64,000 nt of DNA from an uncultured delta proteobacterium (GCA_963790475.1 CAWBOS010000012.1:352001-416000), one strand, 5' to 3'. Counted from the first letter of the stretch, positions 19,694-31,700 are shown. Notes: generated by a model not told the origin, from the letters alone. Translations and numbers: made by a program.

Positions 19694-20701
19694 ATGAAAA
19701 GACCCCTTATTGCAGTTACCATGGGAGATCCGGCGGGGATAGGACCGGAGATTATTCTCAAGGCCCTGGATGACCCTCGGATCAAGAAAGCCAGCCGTCT
19801 ATTGATCTTCGGGGACCGGCAGGTTCTGGAATCAACCGCCCGGAGATTGGGTAAATCCTTTTCAATTAATTCGATCCCCCGATTAGACCGGACAGAAGGC
19901 TATCAAGAAACCGTCGCTTTGTATGAGGCTTCCAGTTTGCCTGTAGATCAGGTACTCCCCGGCCGGCCTGATCCCCAATGGGGGGCACCGGCCTTGGAAT
20001 ATATCCGTCTGGCGGCCAGATTGGCTTTAAAAGGCGAAGTGGCGGCCATGGTCACCTGTCCCATCAGCAAGGAAATAATCCGCTACGAAAGACCTTCCTT
20101 TACCGGTCATACCGAATTTCTGGCCTGCCAATCCAAAACCCGGTCCTTTGGCATGATGCTGGCCGGGCAGCGGCTAAAGGTCAGCCTGGTGACGATTCAC
20201 CTTTCCCTTAAAAAGGCCCTTCGGGTATTGGATAGGGAAAAAATTCTCAGGACCATCGAATTGACTCATCAAACGTTAATCAACTGGTATGGTGTGAAAG
20301 ATCCTCATATAGCCGTCGCCGGTCTTAATCCCCATGCCGGGGAACAGGGGGCCTTCGGTTCGGAAGAAGAAAAGATTATCGTCCCGGCAGTCCAGGCTGC
20401 TCAAGGACAGGGAATTCATGTCTCCGGGCCGTACCCGCCGGATACCCTTTTCTATTGGGCCGCTCAAGGCCGTTACGATGCTGTTGTGGCCTTATATCAC
20501 GATCAGGGGCTCATCCCTTTAAAGCTTCTCCATTTTGATAATGCCGTTAATATCACCATGGGACTGCCTTTTATCCGCACCTCGGTGGATCACGGCACGG
20601 CCTTTGATATCGCCGGTAAAGGCATCGCCAATCCGGACAGTCTGACCCAGGCCATCCTTTTGGCTGTTTCTTTTGCCGGGAGGAAAAAGTCATGGCTTTA
20701 A
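19694..20701 (+). CDS. pdxA: 4-hydroxythreonine-4-phosphate dehydrogenase
   Basis: [49 protein letters not shown]. Confidence 0.95.
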   Translation: MKRPLIAVTMGDPAGIGPEIILKALDDPRIKKASRLLIFGDRQVLESTARRLGKSFSINSIPRLDRTEGYQETVALYEASSLPVDQVLPGRPDPQWGAPALEYIRLAARLALKGEVAAMVTCPISKEIIRYERPSFTGHTEFLACQSKTRSFGMMLAGQRLKVSLVTIHLSLKKALRVLDREKILRTIELTHQTLINWYGVKDPHIAVAGLNPHAGEQGAFGSEEEKIIVPAVQAAQGQGIHVSGPYPPDTLFYWAAQGRYDAVVALYHDQGLIPLKLLHFDNAVNITMGLPFIRTSVDHGTAFDIAGKGIANPDSLTQAILLAVSFAGRKKSWL

Positions 20702-23529
20702 ACCAAATCCTGGTCAAGGGGGCCAGACAACATAACCTTAAAAATATTGATGTGACCTTCCCCCGGGATAAATTGGTGGTAATCACGGGCCTTTCCGGGT
20801 CCGGGAAATCCACCTTGGCCTTCGATACCATTTATGCCGAAGGCCAGCGGCGTTATGTGGAATCTCTTTCGGCCTATGCCCGTCAGTTCTTAGAACAGAT
20901 GGACAAGCCGGATGTGGATTTTATTGAGGGGCTTTCCCCGGCCATCGCCATAGAGCAGAAAACGACCAGTAAGAATCCGCGTTCTACCGTGGGTACGGTG
21001 ACCGAAATTTATGATTTTCTCCGGGTCCTCTTTGCCCGGATAGGAGAACCGTATTGCTGGCAGTGCGGTCAAAAGATCTCCTCCCAATCGGTCCAGGAAA
21101 TCGTCGACCAGTTGTTGGCTTTTCCGCCCGGCACCCGCATTCAACTCCTGTCTCCATTGGTCACCGGCCGCAAAGGGGAGCATCAAAAACTGCTGGAGCA
21201 GTTGAAAAGGGAAGGGTTCGTACGGGTCCGGGTCAATGGCGAGTTCAGGGAACTGGAAGAAGACATTGTCCTGGACAAAAAAAAGAAACACACCATTGAG
21301 GTCGTAGTGGACCGCCTGGTGGTCAAGGAGGGATTGCAGCGCCGGCTGACCGATTCGGTGGAACTGGCCCTGAAACTCTCCCAGGGATTCCTGCGGGTCA
21401 TTTTACCCGGTGGAGAAGAGAGCCTCTTCAGCGAACGTTTTTCCTGCGACCGATGTGATATCAGTCTGCCGGAGTTGACCCCGCAACTCTTTTCTTTCAA
21501 TAACCCTCAAGGGGCCTGCCCGACCTGCGACGGTTTGGGGACCAAAATGTACTTCGATCCCGACCTGATTGTGCCCAATCCCAATCTGAATCTTCGCGAA
21601 GGGGCAATAGTCCCCTGGGAGAATCGGGCCTCGGTCTATTTCCAGCAGATGCTTGAATCCTTATTCAGCCATTACCATTTTGATCTCTACACCCCTTTTA
21701 AAGACCTGCCGGCCAAGGTCAGGGAGGTCCTGCTGCATGGTTCCGGGAATGAAGCCATCCGTTTTTATTTTGAAAGAGACGGGCGAAGACATTTTTACGA
21801 ACGGCCTTTCGAAGGGGTTATCCCCAATCTGGACCGGCGTTACCGGGAAACAGACTCCACCATGATCCGGGAGGAGTTGGAGCGATTCATGAACGTTCGC
21901 CCCTGTCCCACCTGTAAGGGGACCCGGTTAAGAAAGGAAAGCCTGGCCGTCAAGATTCAGGGACTTTCCATCCATCAGGTCACGGCCTTTTCGGTGAAAG
22001 AAGCCGGCGTTTGGTTTAACAACCTGCAGTTTAATGCCAGGGAAACTCAGATCGCCCGTCGAATATTGAAAGAGATCAATGACCGCCTCGAATTTCTAGC
22101 CAATGTAGGACTGGATTACCTGACCATCAATCGAACCTCGGCCACCCTGTCCGGAGGAGAAGGACAGCGTATCCGGCTGGCCACCCAGATCGGCTCTCAT
22201 TTGATGGGGGTCCTTTACGTCCTGGATGAACCCAGTATCGGACTCCACCCTAGGGACAATCTCCGGCTCCTGCAGACCTTGAAAACCCTGCGGGATATCG
22301 GGAATACGGTCCTAGTCGTCGAACATGATGCCAATACCATTCTTTCCTCCGATTATGTTATCGATATGGGCCCGGGGGCGGGAGAACATGGAGGGCAGGT
22401 GATCTTCAGCGGTACTCCAGAGGACTTGCTCAAAGACCCCGGGTCCCTGACCGGACAATATCTGTCCGGACGACGAACTATTCCGGTTCCTTCCCGCCGC
22501 CGCCCCCAGAAGAAAGGGCATATCCAGATCAAAGGGGCCTCGGAAAATAATCTTAAGCAAATTGATGTCTCCATACCCCTGGGGGTCTTTACCTGCGTGA
22601 CCGGTGTGTCCGGTTCGGGGAAAAGCACTTTAATTATCGACACCCTCTATCAGACTTTGGCCCAGCGGCTTTATCGTTCCAAACACCGGGCCGGCCGGGT
22701 CCAGGAAATGAAAGGGGTCCGGCTGATCGACAAGGTCATCAATATCGATCAATCGCCGATCGGCCGGACGCCCAGATCCAATCCGGCCACCTACACCGGG
22801 CTTTTTACCACCATTCGGGATCTTTTTGCCAGGACGCCGGAGGCCCGTTCCCGAGGCTATAAACCCGGTCGATTCAGTTTTAATGTCCGCGGCGGCCGTT
22901 GCCCGGCCTGTAACGGAGACGGCCTGATGAAGATTGAAATGCATTTCCTCCCGGATGTCTATGTGACCTGTGAGGTCTGTCAGGGAAGCCGGTATAACCG
23001 GGACACCCTGGAGGTCCTTTATAAAGGGATGAACATCGCCCAGGTCCTGGACCTGACGGTTGATCAAGCCCTGGTGGTTTTCGAGGCCATACCGACCATT
23101 CGGGAAAAGTTGGAAACCTTAAGTCAGGTGGGCCTGGGATACATCCGGGTGGGACAACCGGCCACCACCCTTTCCGGGGGAGAGGCCCAAAGGATCAAAC
23201 TATCTCGGGAATTGAGCAAGCGATCCACTGGGAAGACGCTCTATATTCTTGACGAACCAACCACCGGCCTGCATTTTTCAGACATACAAAAATTATTGGA
23301 AGTCCTCGAAAGTCTAGTAGATATGGGCAATACCGTAGTCGTTATAGAGCACAATCTGGATGTCATCAAGACCGCCGATCATATCATTGACCTGGGGCCG
23401 GAGGGGGGAGATGGAGGGGGACAACTCATCGGGTGTGGAATCCCTGAGGCCATGGCGGAAAATCCCAAATCCTATACCGGTCGATTTCTAAAGCAGGTGC
23501 TTGGAAATCCAGGGGTTTCTGTCGGTTAA
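20692..23529 (+). CDS. uvrA: Excinuclease ABC subunit A
   Basis: GARQHNLKN, two ABC ATPase modules, zinc fingers. Confidence 0.98.
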   Translation: MALNQILVKGARQHNLKNIDVTFPRDKLVVITGLSGSGKSTLAFDTIYAEGQRRYVESLSAYARQFLEQMDKPDVDFIEGLSPAIAIEQKTTSKNPRSTVGTVTEIYDFLRVLFARIGEPYCWQCGQKISSQSVQEIVDQLLAFPPGTRIQLLSPLVTGRKGEHQKLLEQLKREGFVRVRVNGEFRELEEDIVLDKKKKHTIEVVVDRLVVKEGLQRRLTDSVELALKLSQGFLRVILPGGEESLFSERFSCDRCDISLPELTPQLFSFNNPQGACPTCDGLGTKMYFDPDLIVPNPNLNLREGAIVPWENRASVYFQQMLESLFSHYHFDLYTPFKDLPAKVREVLLHGSGNEAIRFYFERDGRRHFYERPFEGVIPNLDRRYRETDSTMIREELERFMNVRPCPTCKGTRLRKESLAVKIQGLSIHQVTAFSVKEAGVWFNNLQFNARETQIARRILKEINDRLEFLANVGLDYLTINRTSATLSGGEGQRIRLATQIGSHLMGVLYVLDEPSIGLHPRDNLRLLQTLKTLRDIGNTVLVVEHDANTILSSDYVIDMGPGAGEHGGQVIFSGTPEDLLKDPGSLTGQYLSGRRTIPVPSRRRPQKKGHIQIKGASENNLKQIDVSIPLGVFTCVTGVSGSGKSTLIIDTLYQTLAQRLYRSKHRAGRVQEMKGVRLIDKVINIDQSPIGRTPRSNPATYTGLFTTIRDLFARTPEARSRGYKPGRFSFNVRGGRCPACNGDGLMKIEMHFLPDVYVTCEVCQGSRYNRDTLEVLYKGMNIAQVLDLTVDQALVVFEAIPTIREKLETLSQVGLGYIRVGQPATTLSGGEAQRIKLSRELSKRSTGKTLYILDEPTTGLHFSDIQKLLEVLESLVDMGNTVVVIEHNLDVIKTADHIIDLGPEGGDGGGQLIGCGIPEAMAENPKSYTGRFLKQVLGNPGVSVG

Positions 23530-24177
23530 AGGCTTTGAGGATTCCGGGGTCAGATTGGCCAACCGATAAGCCAGCCTGTCTAATTTTACCGTAAAGTCGA
23601 TATGATGAACAATAATTCCTTCCGGGACATGCAATTGAACCGGGGCAAAATTCAAGATCCCCCGTATTGGGGTCCTGGTCACCATATCAGCTACCTCCTG
23701 GGCTTTGCCGGCCGGGGTGGTGATCACGGCGATCTCGATATCCCGTTCTAAGGCAATTTTTTCCAGATCCGACATGGGAGAGATGGAAAATCTCTGAGAT
23801 AACATCCGGCCGATTTTCTGAGGATCATTATCAAAAGCTGCCACGAAGTGATAGCCCTGCCGAGGGAAATTACTGTGGTCGATCAAAGCATAGCCCATAT
23901 TCCCCATGCCGATAATCCCCATATGCCAGGTTTTGTTCAGGCCCAGGATCTTTTTGATTTCAAAAAGGAGTTCCTTAATCACATAACCGACACCCCGGAC
24001 CCCAAATTCACCGAAGTAAGCAAGATCTTTTCGGATTTGGGCCGAGTTGACTTCACAGTACTGGGCCAGTTTTTCAGAAGATATCACGCTGAGACCCTGC
24101 TCGTCCAATTCTTCAAGGGCACGAGAATAACGGGAAAGACGGGTTATGGTTGCAGTGGGTATTTTCGAGAATTTCAC
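23488..24177 (-). CDS. rex: Redox-sensing transcriptional repressor Rex
   Basis: [39 protein letters not shown]. Confidence 0.95.
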   Translation of the reverse strand: MKFSKIPTATITRLSRYSRALEELDEQGLSVISSEKLAQYCEVNSAQIRKDLAYFGEFGVRGVGYVIKELLFEIKKILGLNKTWHMGIIGMGNMGYALIDHSNFPRQGYHFVAAFDNDPQKIGRMLSQRFSISPMSDLEKIALERDIEIAVITTPAGKAQEVADMVTRTPIRGILNFAPVQLHVPEGIIVHHIDFTVKLDRLAYRLANLTPESSKPLTDRNPWISKHLL

Positions 24178-24196
24178 AACTGGTTCCTTAAGGTAA

Positions 24197-24214
24197 ATGT
24201 GAATTAAAACACAT
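24197..24214. promoter_or_regulatory. Possible Rex operator upstream of rex
   Basis: ATGTGAATTAAAACACAT resembles the 18-bp TTGTGAA-N4-TTCACAA consensus. Confidence 0.45.
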
Positions 24215-24271
24215 GACTGAGGAAAAAAAGGGGCCGTCAGCGATAAACCAACAGCCCCCTATTTTAATCAA

Positions 24272-24640
24272 TTACAAAGGTAAGCCGATCATCTTGGCAA
24301 TCGGCGTCGCCATAGGATAGGCATACAAAAGGATCAAAGCAACGACCAGGGCGTAGATACAAAGGGACTCGATCATGGCCAAACCGATAATCATGGTCGT
24401 CATGATCTTCCCGGAGGCTTCCGGGTTCCGTGCTACCCCTTCCACTGCGCTCTTTAATCCCAGACCTTGACCAATACCAGTTCCCAATGCGGCAATCGCG
24501 ATACCCAAGCCGGCGGCCAAAACCACGCCGAAATAAACGTTCAATCCGGCGGCGGCCACCTGGGGATTGGCTTCGGCAAAGGCCAAAGCCACCATGCTGA
24601 ACAAAGCGGCCATTGTCAATAGAGCTACTCTTTTTACCAT
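24272..24640 (-). CDS. atpE: ATP synthase F0 subunit c
   Basis: [19 protein letters not shown]; AGGAGG RBS before 24640. Confidence 0.95.
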   Translation of the reverse strand: MVKRVALLTMAALFSMVALAFAEANPQVAAAGLNVYFGVVLAAGLGIAIAALGTGIGQGLGLKSAVEGVARNPEASGKIMTTMIIGLAMIESLCIYALVVALILLYAYPMATPIAKMIGLPL

Positions 24641-24692
24641 TAAATCATCCTCCTTTCTTATGAAGATTCGCCTTCTTCCAAAGATTTTAAAA

Positions 24693-24763
24693 AACAGGGT
24701 TCGAGGGTTCAAGGTGTATTGTTTTTGTTTTTCCCTCGAACCCTGGAACCCTCGAACCCTGTT
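24693..24763. repeat. Octamer tandem/inverted repeat hairpin
   Basis: gggttcgagggttcaagg ... ccctcgaaccctggaaccctcgaaccctg. Confidence 0.65.
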
Positions 24764-24770
24764 TTATTAC

Positions 24771-25460
24771 TTAATGTGCTTCCTCCATGGCGGTAGAAAT
24801 ATAGATCATGGACAGCAGGGCAAAGACAAAAGCCTGGATGAAACTGGTGAACAAGGCCAGAAACATCATCGGCAAAGGGGCCAGGAATTTTCCGGCCAGA
24901 AAAATGAGGATAATCACAACCAGATCCTCGCCCATGATGTTTCCGAACAAACGAAGCGTCAAAGAGAGCACCCGCGAAAGGTGGCTGATGATCTCAATGG
25001 GCAGCATCAACGGGGCCAACCACCAGACTGGTCCAAGATATTGTTTGATGTATTTGAACCCGTGCGTTTTAATGCCGATGATTTCGGTTGTAAAGAAAAC
25101 GATCAAGGCACAAGCCAGGGTCGTGTTGATGCTGGCCGTGGGTGAATAGAAACCCGGGATCAAGCCCAGGACATTGGAGAGAAAGATAAAAAGGCCCAAG
25201 GTAGCGATCAAAGGAAAGACCGACCGGCCATGCTCTCCCATAGTTTCCACTTGAAAGCTTTCAATGCCCGAGATGATCATTTCAAATAAATTCTGCCCTC
25301 CGGCCGGGATCATTTTTACCGACTTTGCGGCCAGAAGGGATAAAACGATCAGAATAAGCATGATCAGCCAGGTATTAGTGACTTGGGGATAGGCATGGGC
25401 GAAATGACCTAACCCAATGGATTCCAAAAGTTTGGTAATAAAAAAAATCGGGTGCTCCAT
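24771..25460 (-). CDS. atpB: ATP synthase F0 subunit a
   Basis: SLTLRLFGNI, IQAFVFALLS. Confidence 0.95.
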   Translation of the reverse strand: MEHPIFFITKLLESIGLGHFAHAYPQVTNTWLIMLILIVLSLLAAKSVKMIPAGGQNLFEMIISGIESFQVETMGEHGRSVFPLIATLGLFIFLSNVLGLIPGFYSPTASINTTLACALIVFFTTEIIGIKTHGFKYIKQYLGPVWWLAPLMLPIEIISHLSRVLSLTLRLFGNIMGEDLVVIILIFLAGKFLAPLPMMFLALFTSFIQAFVFALLSMIYISTAMEEAH

Positions 25461-25463
25461 GAA

Positions 25464-25880
25464 TTAATTGGCCTCCTTAAAAAGGATTTTTCTCATTTCA
25501 TTACAACCCACAAGGGTCAGGTTGATGACGACTACCGACAAACCGACTATCAGTCCCAAAGGATCAACAAATCGTTTGGAAATCAGTATATACAAAATCA
25601 TGCCGGTACCCAGCAACCGCAAATAATATTTAATGATCACCGCCTTGGGGCTGGAGAGGCGATCGGGGATAAAGGCCTTTTTTAAAATCCGGTACAGTAG
25701 GTGAAAATTGATCAGAACGATCAGACCTCCCATAGTCACTCCAAAAGAAAATAGGGGGGACATCCAGATCAGGCTGCCCAGAAGCAACAGAGCGAAAACG
25801 ACCCCGTTCATCAACCGGATTTTGGTAAGAAATGGGTCTTCAATTGGCCTAATCCTCCACTTAGACACCCCCCCGGTCAT
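25464..25880 (-). CDS. atpI: ATP synthase protein I
   Basis: Four-TM protein upstream of atpB. Confidence 0.75.
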   Translation of the reverse strand: MTGGVSKWRIRPIEDPFLTKIRLMNGVVFALLLLGSLIWMSPLFSFGVTMGGLIVLINFHLLYRILKKAFIPDRLSSPKAVIIKYYLRLLGTGMILYILISKRFVDPLGLIVGLSVVVINLTLVGCNEMRKILFKEAN

Positions 25881-26101
25881 TTCATGTCCTTTTCAGTCCT
25901 TTTCATAATTACATAGATATTTCTAAACCCGGCAATGATCCCTAAGACCATAAAAATAAGAAAAAACACCGGGCTGGTCTTAAACCATTTGTCCAGATAG
26001 TAACCGACGACAATGGCGATCACTAAGGCCAGGACCATGGATATCCCCATGGTGCTGGCCATACCGATTAACTTCATGTATTTTCTGGTATCTTCTTGCA
26101 C
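25877..26101 (-). CDS. AtpZ/AtpI-family protein
   Basis: GYYLDKWFKTSP..LGIIAGFRNIY. Confidence 0.85.
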   Translation of the reverse strand: MQEDTRKYMKLIGMASTMGISMVLALVIAIVVGYYLDKWFKTSPVFFLIFMVLGIIAGFRNIYVIMKRTEKDMK

Positions 26102-26361
26102 GAAGCCTCATCCCGCTTTAAAAATGATACGGCAGGCTTCCCAACCCATCTAATTTTTTGACAATCCCTGGGTCGTTTAAAATACCAAAATCCTCTAACA
26201 CGGGCAAGGTACAAAGTCAACTTTTTTTTGCCCAATGTTTAATCTGTCCGTCTCACCTTTTTCTGTTTGACTCTTGTTCCCTCATTTTATACTTTGATCT
26301 CTTAGAAGGGGACTCAATCGATACAATGACCAATTCATTCTTATAAAAAGGAGGACGAACG

Positions 26362-27648
26362 ATGATTAAAACAGTCGAACAATATCTGGAAAGCTTGAAC
26401 GACGGACGGCAGATCTGGTGTCTGGGAGAAAAGGTTTCCGATGTTCGAACCCATCCCACCCTCAGCAGTATCATTAAAACCGCCTGCATGGACTATGTCT
26501 TGCCCAATCATCCTGATTTTCGGGACTTGTTTGTGACCAAGAATGAAGAAGGAGAAGATATTAATTTCCTGCTGACCTCTCCCAGATCGCCTGAAGATCT
26601 ATTAAGAAGGAGGGAATGTTACATCAATGGGGTCCGATCAGGAGGTGGGGTGATGGTCCATTGCATGGGGGCCGATGCCCTGGCCGCCTTTACCGTGGCC
26701 GCCGAGGTCATGGATAAGGAAATCAAGACTAACTACATGGAGCGGGTGGAAAATTATCGGAAACTGCTGCAAAGGCAGGACTTGGCCATCACCGGGGCCA
26801 TCACCGACGTCAAAGGGGATAGGAGTCTCCATGCCTCAAAACAAAAACAACACCCGGACTATTATCTGAGAATCTTAGATAAACAAAAAGACGGGATCGT
26901 GGTCAGGGGGGCTAAGGTGCACATCAGCGCCACTCCCTGCGCCAATGAAGCCCTCTGTCTGCCCTGCCGGACCCACGGCGAGGAAGACAAGGACTATGCC
27001 CTGGCCTTTGCCATCCCCCTCAATGCCCCGGGCATCAAACTGCTGGCTGTAGAACCGGTGTCGAGAACCTACGGGGAGGAAGGGGAGTTTGATTATCCCA
27101 AGACCAGCGCCACGCAGCCGACGGAGTGCCTTATTGTATTCGATGATGTCTTTGTGCCCTGGGAACGGGTCTTCATGTGCGGCGAATGGCAGTACACACG
27201 CAACCTGGCCTATGCCTTTGCCAGTAATTTTCACCAGATGTGCCAATACCTGCAGGATATTGCCGGAGGACTTTCGGCCACGGTCCCGACCTTCCGGAAT
27301 TGGAACAATACTGAGATACGTCCTTATATTGAAAAATATCTCAGTGGAAAGGATGGTATTTCCACGGAAGACCGTCTTCGTGTCGTGCGTCTGGCCAAGG
27401 ATATGACCTGTAATTTTTATCAGATCGACACTATTCATGGGGAAGGGTCCATGGCCGCTCAAGAGATGTTCTTATATGGAAGTGCCGATTGGAATAAACT
27501 CAAATCAGCGGCCAAACGGGCCGCCCATGTGGACGGCTGGCAGGATAATCCTATCTACGGGAGACTGTTATCGGCCAAAGAACAGGTAAAAATGCCGGTA
27601 ATTAACGAATCGTATGAAAGTATACCCAAAACAGCCCGGAAAAAATAA
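26362..27648 (+). CDS. HpaB/4-hydroxybutyryl-CoA dehydratase-family flavoprotein with internal in-frame deletion
   Basis: QYLESLNDGR, TDVKGDRS, GAKVHIS, FDDVFVPWERVF, HGEGS; lacks about 86 aa present in the paralog at 34275. Confidence 0.8.
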   Translation: MIKTVEQYLESLNDGRQIWCLGEKVSDVRTHPTLSSIIKTACMDYVLPNHPDFRDLFVTKNEEGEDINFLLTSPRSPEDLLRRRECYINGVRSGGGVMVHCMGADALAAFTVAAEVMDKEIKTNYMERVENYRKLLQRQDLAITGAITDVKGDRSLHASKQKQHPDYYLRILDKQKDGIVVRGAKVHISATPCANEALCLPCRTHGEEDKDYALAFAIPLNAPGIKLLAVEPVSRTYGEEGEFDYPKTSATQPTECLIVFDDVFVPWERVFMCGEWQYTRNLAYAFASNFHQMCQYLQDIAGGLSATVPTFRNWNNTEIRPYIEKYLSGKDGISTEDRLRVVRLAKDMTCNFYQIDTIHGEGSMAAQEMFLYGSADWNKLKSAAKRAAHVDGWQDNPIYGRLLSAKEQVKMPVINESYESIPKTARKK

Positions 27649-27661
27649 GGGGAGTTTCTCC

Positions 27662-29323
27662 ATGATTATTAAGCCTATTCCTACCCGGTATTCACTGGGC
27701 TTTCTACTGGTCCTATCCTTGATTTTGCCGATCACTTCTTTTCCGATTTTCGGCAACGCCTGGGGAGAACCCGCCAATACCACGGAAATTATTGACCTGG
27801 ACAGCGGGAAGATTTCCGGTCTGCTGGTCGGCCGAGATCCGGAAATTCGTGTCTTTAAGGGGATTCCCTATGCCGCCCCCCCTGTCGGCGACTTGCGCTG
27901 GAGACCGCCGCAGTCAGTTAAGTCCTGGAAGGGCGTTCTTGAATGCACCTCCTTCGGACCGGTCTGTCCGCAGCCGCAAGGTCGGACTCGCCTCACCCAG
28001 ATGACCTTTGACAAAATCAGTGAGGATTGTCTTTACCTGAATGTCTGGACAAAGGCCAAAGACAACCAGGCCCTTCTTCCGGTCATGGTCTGGATTCACG
28101 GGGGCGGAAACATTTCGGGCGCAGGTTCCTTACCGTATTATGACGGCGAGGCCCTGGCCCGACAGGGTGTGATCTTAGTAAGCATCAATTATCGTCTGGG
28201 CCCCTTTGGATTTTTCGCCCATCCCCTGTTGTCCAAGGAATCCGGGAAAGGGGTATCCGGAAATTACGGTCTCCTCGATCAAATCGCCGCTCTTCAGTGG
28301 GTGCAGAAAAACATTCGGGCCTTCGGGGGCAATCCGAATCGAGTGACCATTTTCGGGGAATCGGCCGGTGGATTGAATGTCTGCTGTCTGATGGCCTCTC
28401 CCTTGGCCAAAGGTTTGTTTCACCGGGCCATTGCCGAGAGCGGCCATGCCTTCGGCAAGACCCAGCACCTGAAGGAAACTTGGTATGGGCAGGAGTCCAT
28501 GGAGAAACAGGGGGAGCAGATCGCCAAAGATTTGGGGGTAGCCGGAGCGGCCGACCCTCTGGCCGCTCTCCGGTCCCTTAGTGCCGACAAGATACTGGAA
28601 GGCTCCAAACCCTCCCTGGGGATCGGGGCAGAAGCGGGGCTGGGGAATCGTTTCCGCCCGGTGACAGACGGGTGGGTGATCCCGGATGATATCAATACCA
28701 TCTTCGACCAGGGCAGGCAAAATGATGTTCCCTTAATTGCCGGGACAAATGCCAATGAAGGGATTATTTTCATGGCCAATACGCCTGTTAAAACGGTTGT
28801 GCAATATCGCTCGGCAGTCAAGGTCTTGTATGGAAAGTTCGCCGATGAAATCCTGGCCCTGTATCCGGTCAAAGAACCTTCGGAGATACGGAAGGCCTTA
28901 AGCGATGTACTCGGCGACTTTGGGTTTATCGCCGGGATCCGGCATTTTGTCCGTGCTATGGGAAACGTGAAATCCAAGGCCTATCTTTACCATTTCACGA
29001 TGAAACCTCAGGGGCCTCTGGGAGAAACCCTGGGGGCCTTTCATGGGTCTGAAATCCCCTATGTGTTTGATAATCTCGGTCGGGGAATTTTAACTCCTGA
29101 TGAAAAACGCCTTAATCTGGCAAAAATGATGAGCGGTTACTGGGTGCAATTCGCCAAAACAGGAGATCCCAATAAAGAAGGTTTGACGTCTTGGCCTGCA
29201 TACGAGGCCAAAGGGGATCAGTACCTTGAATTTGGCGAGAACGTCCATGTGGGAAATGGGCTTCGCCAGCAGGCCTGTGACCTCGTTGAGAAAATCCTGG
29301 CTGAGGAGAGGAAAAGGCGCTAA
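27662..29323 (+). CDS. Type-B carboxylesterase, exported
   Basis: FKGIPYAAPP, EDCLYLNVW, HGGG, GESAG, FHGSEI; signal peptide. Confidence 0.92.
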   Translation: MIIKPIPTRYSLGFLLVLSLILPITSFPIFGNAWGEPANTTEIIDLDSGKISGLLVGRDPEIRVFKGIPYAAPPVGDLRWRPPQSVKSWKGVLECTSFGPVCPQPQGRTRLTQMTFDKISEDCLYLNVWTKAKDNQALLPVMVWIHGGGNISGAGSLPYYDGEALARQGVILVSINYRLGPFGFFAHPLLSKESGKGVSGNYGLLDQIAALQWVQKNIRAFGGNPNRVTIFGESAGGLNVCCLMASPLAKGLFHRAIAESGHAFGKTQHLKETWYGQESMEKQGEQIAKDLGVAGAADPLAALRSLSADKILEGSKPSLGIGAEAGLGNRFRPVTDGWVIPDDINTIFDQGRQNDVPLIAGTNANEGIIFMANTPVKTVVQYRSAVKVLYGKFADEILALYPVKEPSEIRKALSDVLGDFGFIAGIRHFVRAMGNVKSKAYLYHFTMKPQGPLGETLGAFHGSEIPYVFDNLGRGILTPDEKRLNLAKMMSGYWVQFAKTGDPNKEGLTSWPAYEAKGDQYLEFGENVHVGNGLRQQACDLVEKILAEERKRR

Positions 29324-29431
29324 TCGGAGGGAGAGATATTGGGAGGCCAGGCGGACTGACTTCGGGTTTTTCCTGTTTCTCTGCCTCTGGCTGCCGCAGG
29401 AAAAGTGCCGATGATCGATATTTTTTAGGAA

Positions 29432-30526
29432 TCAGAATTCTAAAATCGCGCGACCTTGGATATGTCCCGCTTCCAAGGCCGCGACCGCCTCGTTCACCTG
29501 GTCAAGGGTGAACCGAACAGTAACCAGAGCATTCAGATCGAGCAGGCCGCTTTTGTACCACTCGAGAAATAAGGGGAAGTCGCGGTCCGGGTGACAGGAA
29601 CCCCCCATACTTCCAATGTACTTTTTCTCGTTGATCATGATATCCAGGGCATCTAATTCCACTTTTGTCTGCGGCACACCGACCAAGACAGCCGTCCCCC
29701 CGGCCGACTCCCCAAATGAACCTGTCCGTGCGGCAAGGAGGATCTGTTCCATAGTTATTTTTTTCCCAATGCAGTCAAAGGCATAGTCTACGCCCATTAC
29801 CGGCCTCTTCCAGCAATCGTAGGCCCCTTCGTTCCGGGTCATCTTTTGGATCGCCTTGACCGGGTCCTCCTGAGAGGCATTCACGGTTTCAGTGGCGCCA
29901 AACTGCCGGGCAAATTCCAGCTTCTTATCATCCAGATCCACTACGATGATCGGGGAGGCTCCGACCACTTTGGCAGCAGCTATTGCCGCGAGTCCGACTC
30001 CTCCTACACCAAAGACGGCCACGCTTTCTCCTTTCCTTACACCGGCGGTATAGAGGACCGCCCCCGCTCCGGTCATCACGGCACAGGGGATCACCGCGGT
30101 TACGTCTTTGGCCGTGTCCTCAGGTACCCGGACCACGTACTGCTCATCAGCAATCGTACGGTCCGCCCAGGTAAAAACATTTTGAGATACCGCTAAAGAC
30201 CCATCAGGTAATTTTAAAGTAGCCGCCTGGGTGATCCGCGGATTGACTGCTTTGTTCCTGGGAACCCAGGTTACCATCACCGAATCGCCCTCCTTCACAT
30301 GAGAGACATTGCTCCCCTTGGCTATGACGACACCTCTTGACTCGTGGCCAAGAACAACCGGGGTGGTCCTCGGATTGTGGATCTGGTGGAGCTGGCTATG
30401 GCAAACACCACTTGAGAACTGCTTGATCACCACCTCGTGGGGACCGGGGTCAGGGAGAAGTACCTGGACAATGGAGAGAGGACCTTTGTCCTTTGGTAAT
30501 ACAGCAACGCGGGCTGGGGTTGGCAT
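29432..30526 (-). CDS. Zn-dependent alcohol dehydrogenase (MDR family)
   Basis: GVCHSQLH, LGHE, PCAVMTG, GVGGVG. Confidence 0.9.
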   Translation of the reverse strand: MPTPARVAVLPKDKGPLSIVQVLLPDPGPHEVVIKQFSSGVCHSQLHQIHNPRTTPVVLGHESRGVVIAKGSNVSHVKEGDSVMVTWVPRNKAVNPRITQAATLKLPDGSLAVSQNVFTWADRTIADEQYVVRVPEDTAKDVTAVIPCAVMTGAGAVLYTAGVRKGESVAVFGVGGVGLAAIAAAKVVGASPIIVVDLDDKKLEFARQFGATETVNASQEDPVKAIQKMTRNEGAYDCWKRPVMGVDYAFDCIGKKITMEQILLAARTGSFGESAGGTAVLVGVPQTKVELDALDIMINEKKYIGSMGGSCHPDRDFPLFLEWYKSGLLDLNALVTVRFTLDQVNEAVAALEAGHIQGRAILEF

Positions 30527-30670
30527 GAAGAAAGGCTCCTGTCGATAAATTCTTTTTCCAATTATTTGACATATAAAAATAGACCCAATAAGTCAAGATA
30601 ATATAACTGCTTTTCTCCTTGATCTATCCATCTGGCGTGTTTTATAACACCAAAATTGAGGAAGAATACC

Positions 30671-31660
30671 ATGTTTAATAAAATATTATTCCCTACTGAT
30701 TTTTTCCGATGTGGCGGCCAGGGGAGTGGCTCTGAGTATTAAATGGTATTCTCCGGCGCTTCAGGGGCGGTGGTTTTGCCTTTGATCGCCTGGCTTATTT
30801 GTGGTAGTAGGCTGGCGATCGGCCTGTCTGATAGGGGGCCTGGTCATGGGACTCATCGGATTGCCTCTGGTCCTTCTTTGTTTTAAGTCTCACCCACCGG
30901 AGTATTATGGGCTTTTACCCGACGGGGCCAAGGTTACCGATAAAAAGACAGCGAATCACGATTTTTCCACCGCCGGAAACAAGAATGCTTCCCAAGAGGA
31001 AGATGAGATGATTCGCAAAGGCATTGAATATGCCGCCGAGGTCGACGAGATCGAATTTACCATCTGGCAGGCTTTAAAAACACCCGCCTACTGGCTTTTG
31101 GTTTGCGTCCAGGCCGTTAACGGTTTGGTGGCCCGGCTATCAACATCCACTGCATATCTTTTCTGACGGATCGGGGGATCAGTCCTATTATCGCCGCGGG
31201 CATGTTCTCCATTATGCTCATCTGCAGTATTCCGGCCCGCTTTGTCGGCGGTTTTGTAGCCGATCGCCTTAAAAAAGGGACCTTTAGATTTATAGTTGCC
31301 GGGGCCTATAGTCTTCAGGCGCTGGGCATCGGCATTTTTCTGATACACCAGACCGTCTTGACGATTTTTATCTGGTTTGTCCTTTGCGGAATTGGTCAGG
31401 GGGCCGCCATAACGCTGAACCCTTCCATGCGGGCCCGTTATTTCGGACGGAAGGCCTTCGGCACCATACAGGGGACTTCCATGATGCTCCTGACACCGGT
31501 GGGAATCGCGGCCCCCATCTATGTCGGTTGGATCTATGATAACACCGGCAGTTACCTGACGGCTTTCAGTTTGTTTACGGTATTGCTGGCAGTGGCCTCG
31601 TCGTTGCTGCTATTTGTCAAACCCCCCAACCCCCCTGCGGCATTGGAAAAAGCGGCCTAG
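30671..31660 (+). pseudogene. Universal-stress-protein N-terminal stub joined to a frameshifted, 5'-truncated MFS transporter
   Basis: MFNKILFPTDF at 30671, then MFS fragments (GWRSA, GGFVADRL, RYFGRKAFG, GWIYDNTGSY) in changing frames. Confidence 0.7.
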
Positions 31661-31700
31661 CTCCATCGCCCCGGGTGTCTATCATTCATCTGAAATCATA

